64,000 bases of DNA from Octopus vulgaris (GCA_951406725.2 OX597830.1:78802001-78866000), one strand, 5' to 3'; positions 1 through 15,884 are shown, counted from the first letter of the stretch. Made by a program: numbers and translations. The notes: generated by a model not told the origin, from the sequence alone.

Positions 1-47
1 ATTAAGTAAATTACAAAAATAATATAATGTATATAATAGGTAAAAAA

Positions 48-132
48 AACGACACGTTTCGCTGCTATATTTTAGAAGTGATTATAGTAGTAGAGAAATC
101 ACTTCCATATAAATATAGTCGCTCATCAGGTT
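48..132 (-). ncRNA. Type I hammerhead ribozyme motif (Penelope-type) with long stem II, probably decayed
   Basis: Minus strand reads AAC-CUGAUGA-[GC..CUAUAU..GGAAGUGAUU/AAUCACUUCU..AUAUAG..GC]-GAAAC-GU-GUC-GUU. Stem I is only 3 bp. Confidence 0.55.
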
Positions 133-179
133 AAAAATAAAATAGAACAGTAAAATAATTAATTAATTAATATACTTTA

Positions 180-255
<76 letters not shown>

Positions 256-569
256 AATCTAAATATACATAAGTGAAAATAAAATAATACTTCAATAATT
301 AAATACTATAAAATTAAATAAAATACACAAAGCTATTACAAGTCATTAAATTGTAATCAAAATAAGAAATGTTTCAAATATAAATAAACACCTTAAATAA
401 GCTAACCATATAATAAATATACATGTGTAGTATCTATAGATTTAATATAACAATCTATAACAAAATTGACTAAATATCAAATAATATAATACCTAATTAA
501 CTTCAATTTAGTATTACAAATACATAATCCATCTATATATCAATATATAATGTGATATATTATAAATAT

Positions 570-607
<38 letters not shown>

Positions 608-1249
608 ATAGCGAGAATAATATGTTAATGGAAAGTAAGAAAACCTATCAACCCCAAATTAAAGAAAGGTGCTAAAATATTAGAACCAAAGAACAATACA
701 CTATGAAGATGTACAATCACAATCACCAGTCCTCTACCAAACCAGTAAATAACATTAACAATAATAAAAACGATCAAAGTCAAAATAATAGCAAGAACTA
801 ATTAATATTGATAAGCAAACTAAATTACTAAGTTCAACGATTCTGTTAATCTATCTAGTTTTTTAAAACGATAAGCGTCTAATTAATCAACTCCATTCAT
901 GAAAAATACAATCAAAAATTTGAAATAGTACAAATACACTCTAATCCATTATATAAACTCGTTATATTAATATCCATGTATAATATCTATAGATTTAATA
1001 TATCAGAATTACGCCCGAGATTAGGGGAAATAATTATTAGATCAATGTTCAATATTGGAGAAAAAAAATTGCAAGGTGAGATAATTCTGTAATTTTGATA
1101 AATTCTATTTGCTGTCAAATTTCAGTCGGTCAAATTTTGCTGTCAAATTTCAGACGACCTTCCATCGTCTCCAGGGAATATTTTTTTGTTGACCCTCTTA
1201 TTTTACGTGGTTTGCCAAACAAATAACATTTCGGTATTTCTTTTTGGCT

Positions 1250-1480
1250 ATGCGGCGAGCTGGCAGAATCGTTAGCTTGCCGGGCGAAATGCCTAGCGGT
1301 ATTTCGTCTGCGTTACGTTGTGAGTTCAAATTCCGCCGAGGTCGACTTTGCCTTTCATCCTTTCGGGGTCGATAAATTAAGTACTAGTTACGCACTGGGG
1401 TCGATGTAATGGACTTAATACCTATGTCTGTCCTTGTTTGTCCCCTCTGTGTGTAGCCCCTTGTGGGTAATAAAGAAATA
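1250..1480 (+). mobile_element. tRNA-derived SINE, family A (Meta/MESC-like central domain), with 17-bp TSD
   Basis: Head GGCGAGCTGGCAGAA, B box GAGTTCAAATTCC, core GCCTTTCATCCTTTCGGGGTCGATAAA. TSD GGTATTTCTTTTTGGCT at 1233-1249 and 1481-1497. Inserted into an older related SINE. Confidence 0.85.
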
Positions 1481-1639
1481 GGTATTTCTTTTTGGCTCCT
1501 TCCGTTCAAATCTTACCGTGGTCAGTTGTTTTGCCTTTCTTCCTTATGGGGGTCGATAAAATAAAGTACCAGTTAAATAGCGGGGTTAATCTAAGACTTA
1601 ACAATTGCTGGCCTTGTGTCCAAATCAGATATCACACTT

Positions 1640-2007
1640 GTTTTTTGTTGTTGTTGTTGTTGTAGTGGTGGTGGTGGTGGTGGTGGTGTTGATGGTGGTG
1701 GTAGAGGTATTGATGGTGATGGTGGGGGATACTTATCATAAAGTCAGTCCTGTGATTTGAAGGATATTTGGCTGCTATTTCTAGCATCTACACATAGAAG
1801 GACCCTCGTAGGCTGTTGCGGTTATAGTTGTTTTAATTGTTGTTTTAATTGTTGTTGTTGTATAGAATCGATTATATCATCATCATCATTACTTCTACAA
1901 CTACTGCTGCTGTTACTACTACTACTACTACTGTCACTGCTGCTGCTGTTACTACTACTACTACTGTCACTACTGCTGCCTTGCTACTACTACTACTATT
2001 GTTATCG

Positions 2008-2059
<52 letters not shown>

Positions 2060-2262
2060 GCTACTACTACTACTACTACTACTTTTTCTTCTATTTCTTT
2101 CTTTCCGTCTCTTCTCTTTCATCTACGTCATCATTTTCGTCTTTTTCTATTCTTTTTATTCGCAGTTTTTTTCTTTCTTCTTTGATTTTCTTCTTCGTTA
2201 TGGTGTTCCTGCTAGAATGGCTGTTATTGCTGTTATTGTTTTTGTCCTTGTTCTTGCAGTCG

Positions 2263-2305
<43 letters not shown>

Positions 2306-2422
2306 ATTTTGCAGGACATGCAAACCTTTCATCACTCAATCAAAAACAATTCTTTTCAAATATTTTTTCACCTCGAATACAAAAATTGATTAAATAAAAA
2401 GATTAGAAAATAAATAAATAGA

Positions 2423-2453
<31 letters not shown>

Positions 2454-2476
2454 ATGAAGAAAAAAGGAAAGAAATA

Positions 2477-2507
<31 letters not shown>

Positions 2508-2516
2508 GAAGAATGA

Positions 2517-2608
<92 letters not shown>

Positions 2609-2623
2609 AATAAAGAAAGAAAA

Positions 2624-2655
<32 letters not shown>

Positions 2656-2980
2656 AAAGTTATATGAGAAAGATACTTCTTTTAATAGCAAAAAACACGA
2701 CGATGGCGGAGGCGGCGGTGTGGTGAGAATGAAGAAGATGATGGTGATGTTGATAATGACGATGATGATAGTGGTGATGATGATGAGGAGGAGGAGGATC
2801 ATGATGGTGGTGATGTCTATGACAACGACAGTGGTGATGAAGAAAATGATGATAACGATGGCGACGGTGTTGATGATGACGATCATCATCATCATCATCA
2901 TCATCACGAGAGTGATGATCATGAAGATCACGATGATCTAAATGGCTATGATACTGTTTATGATCATAATGATGTTGTTA

Positions 2981-3072
<92 letters not shown>

Positions 3073-3075
3073 GAC
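1640..3075. repeat. Compound simple repeats (GTT, GGT, CTA, TAAA, GAAA, GAT/CAT)
   Basis: Tandem tri- and tetranucleotide arrays visible directly; they explain the low-complexity ORFs here. Confidence 0.95.
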
Positions 3076-3425
3076 GATAACGACGATGTTGCTAATGGCC
3101 GACTATGGACGTGTTAATTAGATTCTAAGAGGAACCACAGAGATTCCTGGAAGGACACTGACATCTTGGTGATTGGTACTTCAAACGTTTGGAAACGGTG
3201 GTAAAACGATATCGCGTTTTTTTTCAAATTTAAACAGGAACAACGATAACGACAAGCAGCAGCAATAACAACGACAGCAGCAATGATATATCTGCAAGGA
3301 CGACGGCAGCAGCAGCAGTTTTCACAACATCAGCAGCAGCTACAACGATGATGAAAATAATAACAACAATAAAAACAGCAGAAGCTACCGCAACAAAAAT
3401 GACAACAACAGCAACAGCAAATGGT

Positions 3426-3625
3426 GGAGGCGCAATGGCCCAGTGGTTAGGGCAGCGGACTCGCGGTCGGAGGATCGCGGTTTCGATTCCCAGACCGGGC
3501 GTTGTGTGTGTTTATTGAGCGAAAATACTTAAAGCTCCACGAGGCTCCGGCAGCGAGTGGTGGCGACTCCTGTTGTACTCTTTCGCTCCAACTTTCTCTC
3601 ACTCTTTGTTCCTGTTAATTTTCTT
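3426..3625 (+). mobile_element. tRNA-derived SINE, family C (3'-truncated)
   Basis: GGAGGCGCAATGGCCCAGTGGTTAGGGCAGCGGACTCGCGG...TTCGATTCCC. Homologous to 14027-14397 and 24728-25025. Confidence 0.8.
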
Positions 3626-3774
3626 GGCTGAAAAGTACATCCATACACACAAACATGCACATACACATAGACGCACACGCACACAGAGGTATATGTACAT
3701 ACATACACAAATATACATATGCACACATTCAATTATTCATACGTACATACACACACATACATATGTACACGCAA

Positions 3775-4005
3775 GGCGGCGAGCTGGCAGAAACGTTAGC
3801 ACGCCGGGCGAAATGCGTAGCCGTATTTCGTCTGCAGTTACGTTCTGAGTTCAAATTCCGCCGAGGTCGACTTTGCTTTTCATCCTTTCGGGGTCGATAA
3901 ATTAAGTACCAGTTACGCACTGGGGTCGATATAATCGACTTAATCCGTTTGTCTGTCCTTGTTTATCCCCTCTATGTTTAGCTCCTTGTGGGCATTAAAG
4001 AAATA
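3775..4005 (+). mobile_element. SINE family A, full length
   Basis: Closely matches 1250-1480, 23936-24152 and 35839-36063. Confidence 0.85.
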
Positions 4006-4232
4006 AGAAAGCATAAGTGAGAGAGGTTTCGTGGTGTATAAGTTTGAAGCATGACCCCTCAAAGTGGGTGATAACAAATGACTGATGACGTTCACGATGA
4101 AGTGTTACAAACAAGTATTACATCTCAGTCGGGTGACTTTTATAATGAACGATTCAGCTCCGAAAGAGGTGGAGGCGGAACGCAAGTTGTTGACGACGGT
4201 CAGACGGCGAAAACGGCAATTTGGTGATATTA

Positions 4233-4400
4233 GGGCGACTAGCTGCCAGAATCGTTAGCACGCTGAGCAAAATGCTTAGCAACATTTTGTCCGTCTTTTA
4301 CGTTCTGAGTTCAAATTCCACCGAGGTCAACTTTGCCTTTCATCCTTTCGGGGTCGATAAAATAAATATCAGTTGAGTAGTGAAGGCGACACAATCGACT
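4233..4400 (+). mobile_element. SINE family A, older degenerate copy
   Basis: AGCTGCCAGAATCGTTAGC...GAGTTCAAATTCC...CCTTTCATCCTTTCGGGGTCGATAAA. Confidence 0.7.
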
Positions 4401-4849
4401 TGTTCGATTATATCGCCTGAAATTGCTGAAATTCGATTATATCCCCTATATATTACAATCATGAGTCCAATACTCTAACTACTAAGCCATGCACCTCAAC
4501 CACGTTAAATGCGAAGTAGTTAAATAATAACAACAATAAAAACAGCAGTGAGGGTAAAGACAGCGCGACTATTTTCTGTTGGTTCATAAACTCTTCGATT
4601 AGATTACTAGATTCTTAACAATTTCTAAAATCAGCGCCGACCCAGAGCTTAACAACAACAACAATTAAAAACACGACAACAGGCCTTATATGAAGTGTTT
4701 TGTTTGATATGAAGCGGAGCTGGTTGTAATTTCTAGTAAATTGATAAACTGCGTAGAGGCCTCAACAGTTTTTTTTAAAACAGAAATACTGTATATAAGG
4801 CTACATCATCAAGGGTTTCCTTTATTTCAAAGATTATAGTGTGTGTGAA

Positions 4850-5500
4850 AAATGATGGTGATAGGGATAACGATGGTGGTGGTAGAGTGGGTAGAGTGGG
4901 TAGAGGTGGCAGAGGTAATGGTGAGAGTAGAGAGGATAGGAACAGAGGTCATGGTGATGGTAGTGGTCGTGGCGATAGCGTTCGGGTTGTGGTGGTATTG
5001 ATGACGACGGCAGTAGTGGTAGTGACTGCAACAGCAGAGGCATCGGTAGGAGTGGTAATGGTAGTGGTAGTGGTAGCAGGGGTGGGGGAGAATTGGTGGT
5101 AGTAGCGGTTGCGGTGGTGGTGGTGGTTGCAGTGGTGGTAGTGGTGATGGTGGTGGTGGTGGTTGCAGTGGTGGTGGTGGTGGTGATAGAACTGATTGGT
5201 GTTAGTGGTTCAGGTGGTTGTAGAGATAATAGTCACGGTGCTGACGGAGAAAGCAGCGGTGAAGGAGGAGAGGATGGTGATGGTAGAGATAGTAGTGATG
5301 GTGGTGGCGGCGACGACGGCGGTGGCAACGGCTGTGGTGGTAGTGTCGGTGGCGGCAACAGTAATGACGGTGGTAGTGGTAGTGATGGTGAAGGTGACGG
5401 TGGTGGTGGTGGTGGTGGTGATTGTGGTGGTGGTGGTGGTGGTGGTGGTGATTGTGGTGGTGGTGGTGGTGGTGGTGGCTGAGATGACTATTTGTCAGGA
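4850..5500. repeat. Degenerate (GGT/GTA)n low-complexity tract
   Basis: G-rich trinucleotide repeats. Confidence 0.9.
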
Positions 5501-5717
5501 GTGACGATGGTAGGGATCTTCTGTTAAACTAGAGGCGGGGGGGTGAGGTTTTAATGACATTTTGCTGGTCGTTCTGATGACGACGATATCTGCTAATTAA
5601 AGCAAATGTGGGAAGAATTAGGTAGGTGGTGGGTGGGGACGGAGCGAAAGATCAGGTTAGAGGTCAGATACAAGTGGGAAGATAGCATATACTTAAATTG
5701 TATATATATATATATAT

Positions 5718-5760
<43 letters not shown>

Positions 5761-5768
5761 CATATAAC

Positions 5769-5807
<39 letters not shown>

Positions 5808-5926
5808 TATATATAACATATATATATATATACATATTGACGGAAGTTGCATGCGTGCGTATGAACCTATATCTATCTATATATATATACACAGACAGAC
5901 AGACAGACATGCAGATAGATAGATAG

Positions 5927-5982
<56 letters not shown>

Positions 5983-6033
5983 GGATAGATATGTAGTGCG
6001 CGCTAATTTTATTTAATTTGTGCATGTATCTAG

Positions 6034-6129
<96 letters not shown>

Positions 6130-6171
6130 TATAGATATAGCTAAGATAGATACATACATACATATACATAC

Positions 6172-6212
<41 letters not shown>

Positions 6213-6221
6213 TACTTATAT

Positions 6222-6270
<49 letters not shown>

Positions 6271-6816
6271 CATATATATGTATACATACACATACACACA
6301 CGCACAAAGAAACACACATATATTAGATATGTATGTGTGTATGTGCATATACTTATTACACGCTCTCACACTACAAAATCAGTGAAAGGCAGCCACGCAT
6401 CCATGCATACACACTCTTAATCATGCACACACACACACACACATACACACATACACACAATGAAAACGTGGGAATATATATATATCTCGGCACCACTGAT
6501 AAGGCTGCTGATGCGATATTTTGTAGAGTAAGGGGTCGCAGTGAGCTGATCTCGAAACAAAATTGGGTCCAACCATTTAAGGAGGGATGTCGTTAGATTC
6601 GAACGCTGACACTACAGACCCTATTAATCATTGATGACATTATGGCTAATTTCATCTGGAATCTCTCTTTTTTTCTTTCTTCTTTCTCTCTCTTTCTTTC
6701 TTTATCTCTCACTTCCTTAACCTCTTTATTTATCTCTCTCTCCCTCATTTCTCTCTTTCTCTTTCTCATATGTATGTGTGTGTGTGTGCGTGCGCACTTT
6801 TCTGTTTGGTTTTATG

Positions 6817-6854
<38 letters not shown>

Positions 6855-7671
6855 GTGCATATACCTATGTACCTACAAAGGCACACGCACATGTATATGT
6901 GTGTGTATGTATGTATATATGTATGTGTATATATATATATATATATAATCATATATATATATATATATATATGCATATATTCGTATGTACGAATCTCACA
7001 TATGTGTGTGTATGTGTGGTTATATATAAAAGACAATTCAGTGATGTGTTACTCTGGACTTTCCACTGCGTGTTGCTGCTTCTTCAAGCAAGCGAGGCTG
7101 AGTGATAGATATGACAGACACAAACACACACACACACATACACACACACACACACACACATACACACACATACATACATACATACATACATACATACATA
7201 CATACATACATACATACATACATACATACATACATACGTAGTTTTCCACGTGGTATGTATTTCCCTGATTACCGCTACGGTTGTTTCATTGCATTTCTCA
7301 AAGAAGATAACTATTTCTTTTACCACGTTTGTATTAATGGCAAAAATTATAGGATACAGTATTCATTATTCAGGAGAATACATAGTCCTCTTTATCAAGG
7401 TGTCTGTATATCGAAGGCCACCGGCATATATTTACCTATCTCATTTGTATTTGTAATCACAGGTACGTTTACACAAGAACCAAGAAATAATAGGTCTTAC
7501 AAAGAACGAGCAAAAGAAACTGAAACTGATTTTCCAAATTGATTCTATTAGTGGCACAGTGGTGACTTGTAAGACATTCTCAAAACTTTTCCATCTGTAA
7601 TTCTTTAGGTGAATAGACGCACACGCTTGAATCTGTGCATCGCCAGCTCAACCAACACACCAACACATCCT

Positions 7672-7878
7672 CTTTTACTCTTTTACTTGTTTCAGTCATT
7701 TGACTGTGGCCATGCTGGAGCACCGCCTTTAGTCGAGCAAATCGACCCCAAGACTTATTCTTTGGAAGCCTAGAACTTATTCTATCGGTCTCTTTTGCCG
7801 AACCGCTAAGTTACGGGGACGTAAACACACCAGCATCGGTTGTCAAGCGATGTTGGGAGGACAAACGCAGAATCACAA

Positions 7879-7931
<53 letters not shown>

Positions 7932-8103
7932 TATATATACGACAGGCTTCTTTCAGTTTCCGTCTACCAAATCCACTTACAAGGCTTTGGTCGGCCCGAG
8001 GTTATAGCAGAAGACACTTGCCCAAAGTGCCACGCAGTGGGACTGAACCCGGAACCATGTGGTTGGGGAGCAAGCTACTTACCACACAGCAACTCCTACG
8101 CCT
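7672..8103 (-). mobile_element. tRNA-derived SINE, family B (internal TA/CA microsatellite)
   Basis: Reverse complement of GGAGTGGCTGTGTGGTAAG...GGTTCAGTCCC...GTAGACGGAAACTGAAAGAAGCC...ATGACTGAAACAAGTAAAAGAG. Many copies in the window. Confidence 0.85.
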
Positions 8104-8237
8104 ATAATATTTACAATCACATATTTACAAAGATCAGAAACTCTGTTAACTCGATAAGTCCTGTCGCTTTGTTAGCGACCGGCTTGAAGCTCTCTTAAGA
8201 ACTTCGATAAAACATAGAAAAAAATAGAAAAGTAGAA

Positions 8238-8385
8238 AATACAAGAGAAGGAGGATAACTACGGACCATCGATAAGGAGTTTGCCCAAGATACACTTTTC
8301 GTTTCATACCTATTATTATTGGAGCTACAGGATACATGCCGACCCGTCTGGAGCAAAGTATGGTTGAACTTGGGATCTTGGGGAG
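8238..8385 (+). pseudogene. Fragment of RLE-clade (R4/Dong-like) non-LTR retrotransposon C-terminus
   Basis: Manual translation, frameshifted: KIQEKEDNYGPSIRSL / FRFIPIIIGATGYMPTRLEQSMVELG. Resembles the K..Y...IPIIIGxxG end of restriction-like endonuclease domains. Confidence 0.55.
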
Positions 8386-8644
8386 AGAATGCAAATCCTT
8401 AATTTGCTCTAGATCGGGTGGGGCTTTGTGTTTTTGAGCAAGTGGTGGAAGAAAATTATTGGAAACTAGGCAGTATATACATAAAACACTTGGCTATGCT
8501 TCCTCATATATACATACATATTTAGGAGTGGCTGTGTGGTAAGTAGCTTGCTTACCAACCACATGGCTCCGGATGGGTTCAGTCCCACAGCGTCATATAC
8601 GTGGGTGTAGTTGTGTCTGCACGTAGATCACTAACCACTACAAA

Positions 8645-8800
8645 TTCTTTATTTTCTCTCCTTGTTTCTTTCTGTATTCTTTTCTGCGGAAGAGCGTAGG
8701 CTCGAAACGTTAAAGACTTTTTCACTTCCCGAGCATTATACTAATACATCTGTTTGTTGTCTACACCATCTGTCTTCGTTTATTTTGTGTGAATTCTCCC
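8645..8800 (+). mobile_element. Short microsatellite-associated repeat with hammerhead-like motif (Penelope pLTR-like)
   Basis: CUUUU-CUGCGGA-A-GAGCGUAGGCUC-GAAACGUU-AAAG at 8679-8716. Homologues at 18312-18485, 21414-21577 and 23498-23670. Confidence 0.6.
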
Positions 8801-8837
8801 GAATCACACACACACACACACACAAACATACATACAT

Positions 8838-8872
<35 letters not shown>

Positions 8873-8886
8873 TACACACACACACA

Positions 8887-8943
<57 letters not shown>

Positions 8944-9288
8944 AAATATAATGGGCTCCGCTACCTCAAATGTTCTTAAAATTTAAATCCACATCTTTGT
9001 CTATGTATCTACCTTCTCTATAATGTTGCCACTCGATATGAAATTTTTTGTAATAATCGAAAACCTCTATAATTGGCTGATGAGTGCTCAGCATTTCAAA
9101 ACTGTTGTAATACTTACAACATTTAATAAAATGATGTAGTACGAAACGATCGTACCAAATTACCAGAGTCATTCTTGTTGTTTATTTTGATTATAATCAC
9201 CCCACGGATTTTTATGGATAACACCATACAGAATTCTGGTGCATCTAAATTAAGTACCATATTCATTTGAATCTAAATTTTTGCTGAA

Positions 9289-9349
<61 letters not shown>

Positions 9350-9957
9350 ATCAAAGCAGTATTCATGTAAATCCCAATAAATTTATTGAGTGCCCTTCTT
9401 TCGTTTGTGCACTCACTCGTATATATATGTATATATACATACAAGTGAGTGTATGTGTGTGTGTACGATGGACTTCCACACACTTTCAGTCTACAAAATT
9501 CTATCACAAAGCATTGATAAGCTCGGAGCTTTAGTAAAAAGTTCACTTGCCTAAGGTCCTGCGCAAGTGGAAACTGAACCCAAAACTCTGTGATTACAAA
9601 GAGAGATTCATAACCACACAGCCAAGCCTGCGATGTCTTTGATCATTGGTCATCTCAGTCACGATTAACAATGGGACAGAACAAAACAATAACAGCAAAA
9701 GCGTTTCCGCCAATCAGACATTCTTCTGACTAATGACAGCTCTTCATCTTTCATGGAACAAATATTAACGAAAAAGAAAAATTGAATTAAAGAAAAATAT
9801 GAAATAAATTACGAAGACTAAACAAAGAACACAAAATATCATGATAAAAACTATTTATAAAAATGTACTTTCATCGGCTGAGGAGCGAAAAAATATAATG
9901 TAATTGTTTATAAAACGCTAAAATTCTATTCATTATTCCAACGGCAAAATTTTCGAC

Positions 9958-9999
<42 letters not shown>

Positions 10000-10060
10000 T
10001 TATTATGGGGGAGGAGCGACAGGCAATGGAGGGAAGCATAGGATATTTTAGAATCAACAA

Positions 10061-10112
<52 letters not shown>

Positions 10113-10607
10113 GCGTGTGAGTGTGTACATATATGTATATATATGTATATATATGTCTCCATATATACATACATAAATATACATATACATACTCATACAT
10201 ATATACATACACATACATATACATATGTTTCCGTGTGAGAGGTGCTTTGTGAAGTGATGTGTGTGTGTATGTGTGTGTGCTTTGTGTGCATGTGTCGCTG
10301 TGCCTGTGTGTATGCGTATGGATGTGAATGAGCGTGGGTGTTACATTAAATCCTTGTATTACACATACAAGGAAAAATCTTGTTGGTATGTAAACGTTAA
10401 TGTCACGAGAGTGCCTGATATCTTGAACTTTAACTATTTACACGAATATGTGTAAAGCAATGTAATATAACATGATATATGTATATGTATATATGTGTAT
10501 AAAGACACACACACACACATATATATATATACATATATATATATATATGTATATATGTATATATATATAGAGATATATGTATTGATGTATATGTGTATAT
10601 AGACATA

Positions 10608-10679
<72 letters not shown>

Positions 10680-11332
10680 AAATATATGTACATGTATATA
10701 TAGACATATTTATACAGCGTAATATATGTACATATGTACATGTGCACGTATATATAATATACATATATAAATATGAGTATGTATGTATATATATATATAG
10801 AGAGAGAGTGAGAAAGAGAGAAAGAGAGAGAGAGAAAGTGAGAGATGTGTGAGTGTGTGTTTGTGTGCGTGTGTGTGTGTGTCTGTGCTTGTGTGTGCCA
10901 TGTCAATACATTTTTAATTAAATTGAGGTTCTAGTGTGTGTGTACTATGTATGGACGCGTGTATGTTACATATGTATGAGTATGCATGTGTGCATGTATG
11001 TGTGTGTGTACATGCATGTTTGTATGTGTATGCATACGTGCGTAAAAAGAGGAAGAGTAAAAGAGGTAAGGGTAGTCAGGTGGGGTGTCGAAAACGTACA
11101 GGTCGAAGGGTGCTAGCAGATCCTTAATGAACAAAGTCACATTCGTTTAATTAGTTTCATTTAACGGTTAGCACCACACACACACACGCACGCACACACG
11201 CACACACACACATACACACACAATACAGCACAAACACACTCAACACAAACGCGCACACACACACACACACACAACACATAAACACACACAAATATATGTA
11301 CACAGACACACGCACAAATTATATATGTATAT

Positions 11333-12040
<708 letters not shown>

Positions 12041-12819
12041 TATTATATATTTATATTGTGAAATTTGATTTAATACTAAATTGAATTTTTCCCTGTAAGT
12101 TTGGAGTTATACTTCCTAATATTATATTTTTCATTTGATGTCTCTGGGTGAAGATTTACAGCAAATTACATAAACAGATGCAACCACACACGCACATACG
12201 TACACTCATAAACAATATTGAAGCATATACACTTGTGTACTAAAATACACGGACAACCACAACAGGAGTACATGTTTATCCACATGGACGCACCAACCAA
12301 TTCACGATGACCACAAACCCCATGAAGTGCACAGGGACAGAAAGCCCACCTTGTCAGCCTCTGTTGAAGCCACCTCCGTAACCAACAGATGTACAGGAGT
12401 TGAGTGAGAAGTGGGTAATGTGTAATATGTGCAGACTGTCACCCTCCGCTCCATACGAGGCACTCCCTGTTCTTCTAGATCTGTAGATCTCAACCGGGGT
12501 AATTATGGCCCTTCGGGGTCCATATCAGATTTTACAGTTAAAATTCATGAGCAAGAAATTGCTTATACTTTTACAATACACGAAATATTGTAACAATGTT
12601 TTTATAAAATTCCTAATAATATTCAAATTAAAAATCCAGAAAATGTAGGAGTCGCGTTAATATGATTTATTAACTGCAAAAATTATATTAACGCCAATTC
12701 TCCGCTTTCTGGATTTTAATTTGAATGTTTATAATCAGGAATTTCAACCGTGTTTCGTGGTCTGCTATCACAGCAGCTCCTTTATAGGATCCAGTTAGCT
12801 CAAGAAATCATCAGGAGGA

Positions 12820-13032
12820 ACCACGTCCGGTTTCGGTCCCTACTCCTCTACCGTTAATAAACATTAACTAACATAATTTTCGTATGCTTTTTTTAGACAT
12901 TCACTAGTACAACACTAAGTACAAAACCAAATATATGGCACTCTAGGCATAACACCAACTTGTTGTTTCTTAAGGTCTCTGGGCGAGACTTGGAGCCAAC
13001 TTGTACAAATGTAAAGCAAAAGTCAAACATAA

Positions 13033-13066
<34 letters not shown>

Positions 13067-13618
13067 GCCCTGATGCAGTACCAGGCAGTGGCTCTCATGG
13101 CTTCTTACCTTAACTGATTGGAAGTGTTATCATGTACACTGTTTTGTCTTGGTATAAAAGATGGGCTACAGCAAATATTCTGCTCAATACCACAGATTTG
13201 TTTGTCAGTTGTTTGACTTTAACCAGTTGAGCATGTCCCTTAGTGGCTGACGATATGTGCATCTCTGATCACGAGCAGAAGTAGTGGGGGAGCATCATAG
13301 CCATGTGTTGAGAGGGATTCTCTGGGGTTTGAATAATTCACCTCTGGAAACATGGGTGGTTCTTTCAACATCCTTAAACAACCCTTATTCAGGGACCTTT
13401 TGAGCGGGATGGGCTACTCAACCTGAAGAAAATTCTAACTGGGCCCCATCTGCAAGGTCATGTGCTGTTTATCTTGATATGAGATCACCATGTTGCGCAC
13501 ATATGGTTGTGATGCATGTGCCTCGTGTATACTTATCAGACGAGTAGTCATGATGGGTATATTGGGCTTCGTATATTTTATCCCAGTGTCACTTTGATGG
13601 CATGAACTGCTCTCACTC

Positions 13619-13650
<32 letters not shown>
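12820..13650 (+). mobile_element. Two adjacent probable non-LTR retrotransposon 3' ends, each ending in (TAA)n
   Basis: Non-repetitive segments ending abruptly in (TAA)n tails at ~13033-13065 and ~13620-13650; no ORF recognised. Confidence 0.4.
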
Positions 13651-13652
<2 letters not shown>

Positions 13653-13800
13653 TCGAAAAATATCTTAGGAGTGAGAACCCAGGTTCGAAATTTCCCCAAG
13701 ACACCTGATGAAAGCTGGAGGGTATATCAGCCGAAATTGCATTAACAACAAACAAGATGACAAATATCCGTCGAATGTAAATAATGTAAATAATGTAAAT
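13650..13800 (+). mobile_element. Hammerhead-bearing repeat (headless copy of the 22742-23034 element); ribozyme decayed
   Basis: GACAC-CUGAUGA-AAGCUG..CAGCC-GAAA at 13700-13736; homologous to 22742-22900 on the minus strand. Confidence 0.7.
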
Positions 13801-14026
13801 AGTGACCAGAACAATAATAATAATAATAATAAACTGTACTTTTGTAAGTGTCAAGTTGCACTTTCGAGTACGAGAAGACGGTAGTTCTATACGTGACTAG
13901 GCTGTACTTTAATGTAATAAGGCTGTGCTTCTGAAATTGACAAGTACGTTTGACCCAATCCATTTCACTCACAAAGTATGGCTCAACCTGATGTTATACA
14001 AGATATTTGTCTAAGATGCCATGGAT

Positions 14027-14397
14027 GGAAGCACTCCGTCGGTTACGACGACGAGGGTTCCGGTTGATCCGATCAACCGAACAGCCTGCTCGTGAAATTA
14101 ACGTGTAAGTGGCTGAGCATTCCACAGACACGTGTACCCTTAACGTAGTTCTCGGGGATATTCAGCGTGACACAGAGAGTGACAAGGCCGGCCCTTTGAA
14201 ATACAGGTACAACAGAAATAGGAAATAAGAGTGAGAGAAAGTTGTGGTGAAAGAGTACAGCAGGGATCACCACCATCCCTGCCGGAGCCTCGTGGAGCTT
14301 TAGGTGTTTTCGCTCAATAAACACTCACAACGCCCGGTCTGGGAATCGAAACCGCGATCCTACGACCGCGAGTCCGCTGCCCTAACCACTGGGCCAT
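14027..14397 (-). mobile_element. SINE family C, near full length
   Basis: Reverse complement of the 3426 head plus a body ending GTCGTCGTAACCGACGGAGTGCTTCC. Confidence 0.8.
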
Positions 14398-14823
14398 CTA
14401 AGATGCCATATGGTAGGACTGAACACACGATCTTGTGATTGCAAAGCGAATTTTGTAACCATTACGACACGTTACAATTATGGTGTTTAAATAATCCAAC
14501 TGGTATTTAACATAATTATGAATAACTCGTCTTTCAAGGCGCTCAAGAATTAATAAGGGTTTTCTAAAGCCATTAATTATATCCTTAAAAAGGCCGAGAC
14601 GCACCTGGGAACCCTCTAGCAAAGCACCGTTTCAGAGCCACTGATGTAAATGATCCCTTCTTGGCTCGTTAATAAAGTGAGCGATCCGGTTTCCAGTCAC
14701 AGCCGAAACCGCTTCACCTGAACGCACACAATGGCATAATATTCTTTCCATTTCTCATAGTAAATGAAAAAAAAATAAAGTGAGAAAATATTAACAACGA
14801 CAACAACACTAATAATAATAATG

Positions 14824-14931
<108 letters not shown>

Positions 14932-15262
14932 TTTCATACTGAGATAAGGAATGATTTTGTAAGACGAGTAGCAAGAGCAGTGATGTGCAGAGGCGCGCAT
15001 TTGAGTGCAATGGTGCGCAGTGATGTGTTACAGGTCGCTGATATGGGTTCCATTAATCTAAATATGTCAGTAATAATTTAGGTAATGAATGAATGTCTCA
15101 ACTTCACTGTGTTCCAGGATGAGAACTAGCAAATCTCACTTTGCAAAACGCTTGAACAGGCACTATATAAATCACGTATATATATATACACACATCTACA
15201 TATTAGACATACACATATATATATAAATATGCGTGTGTGTGCGCGCGCGTGTATACGTGTGT

Positions 15263-15347
<85 letters not shown>

Positions 15348-15595
15348 CATATATATACACACACACATATATATATACATATATACATATATATACATAT
15401 ATGTATATATACATATATATATACATATATATATACATATATATACATATGTATATATATATACATATGTATATATGTATATATATATATAGGTATATAT
15501 ATATATGTATATATATATATACATACATATATATATATACAAATATATATATACATATATATACATATGTATATATATGTGTATATATATATATG

Positions 15596-15627
<32 letters not shown>

Positions 15628-15815
15628 AATATATACATATATATATACATATATATATACATATATATATATATACATATATATATACATATATATACAT
15701 ATGTATATATATATATATATATGAATTTCATATATACATATATATATATATACATATATATACATATATATATATACATATATATATACATATATATACA
15801 TATATATATACATAC

Positions 15816-15884
<69 letters not shown>

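Noticed and set aside
1757-2941. Long ORFs rich in L, Y, T, K/E/R and M
   Set aside because: Translations of tri- and tetranucleotide microsatellites; no domain content.
4839-5504. Gly/Val-rich ORFs
   Set aside because: Degenerate (GGT)n tract.
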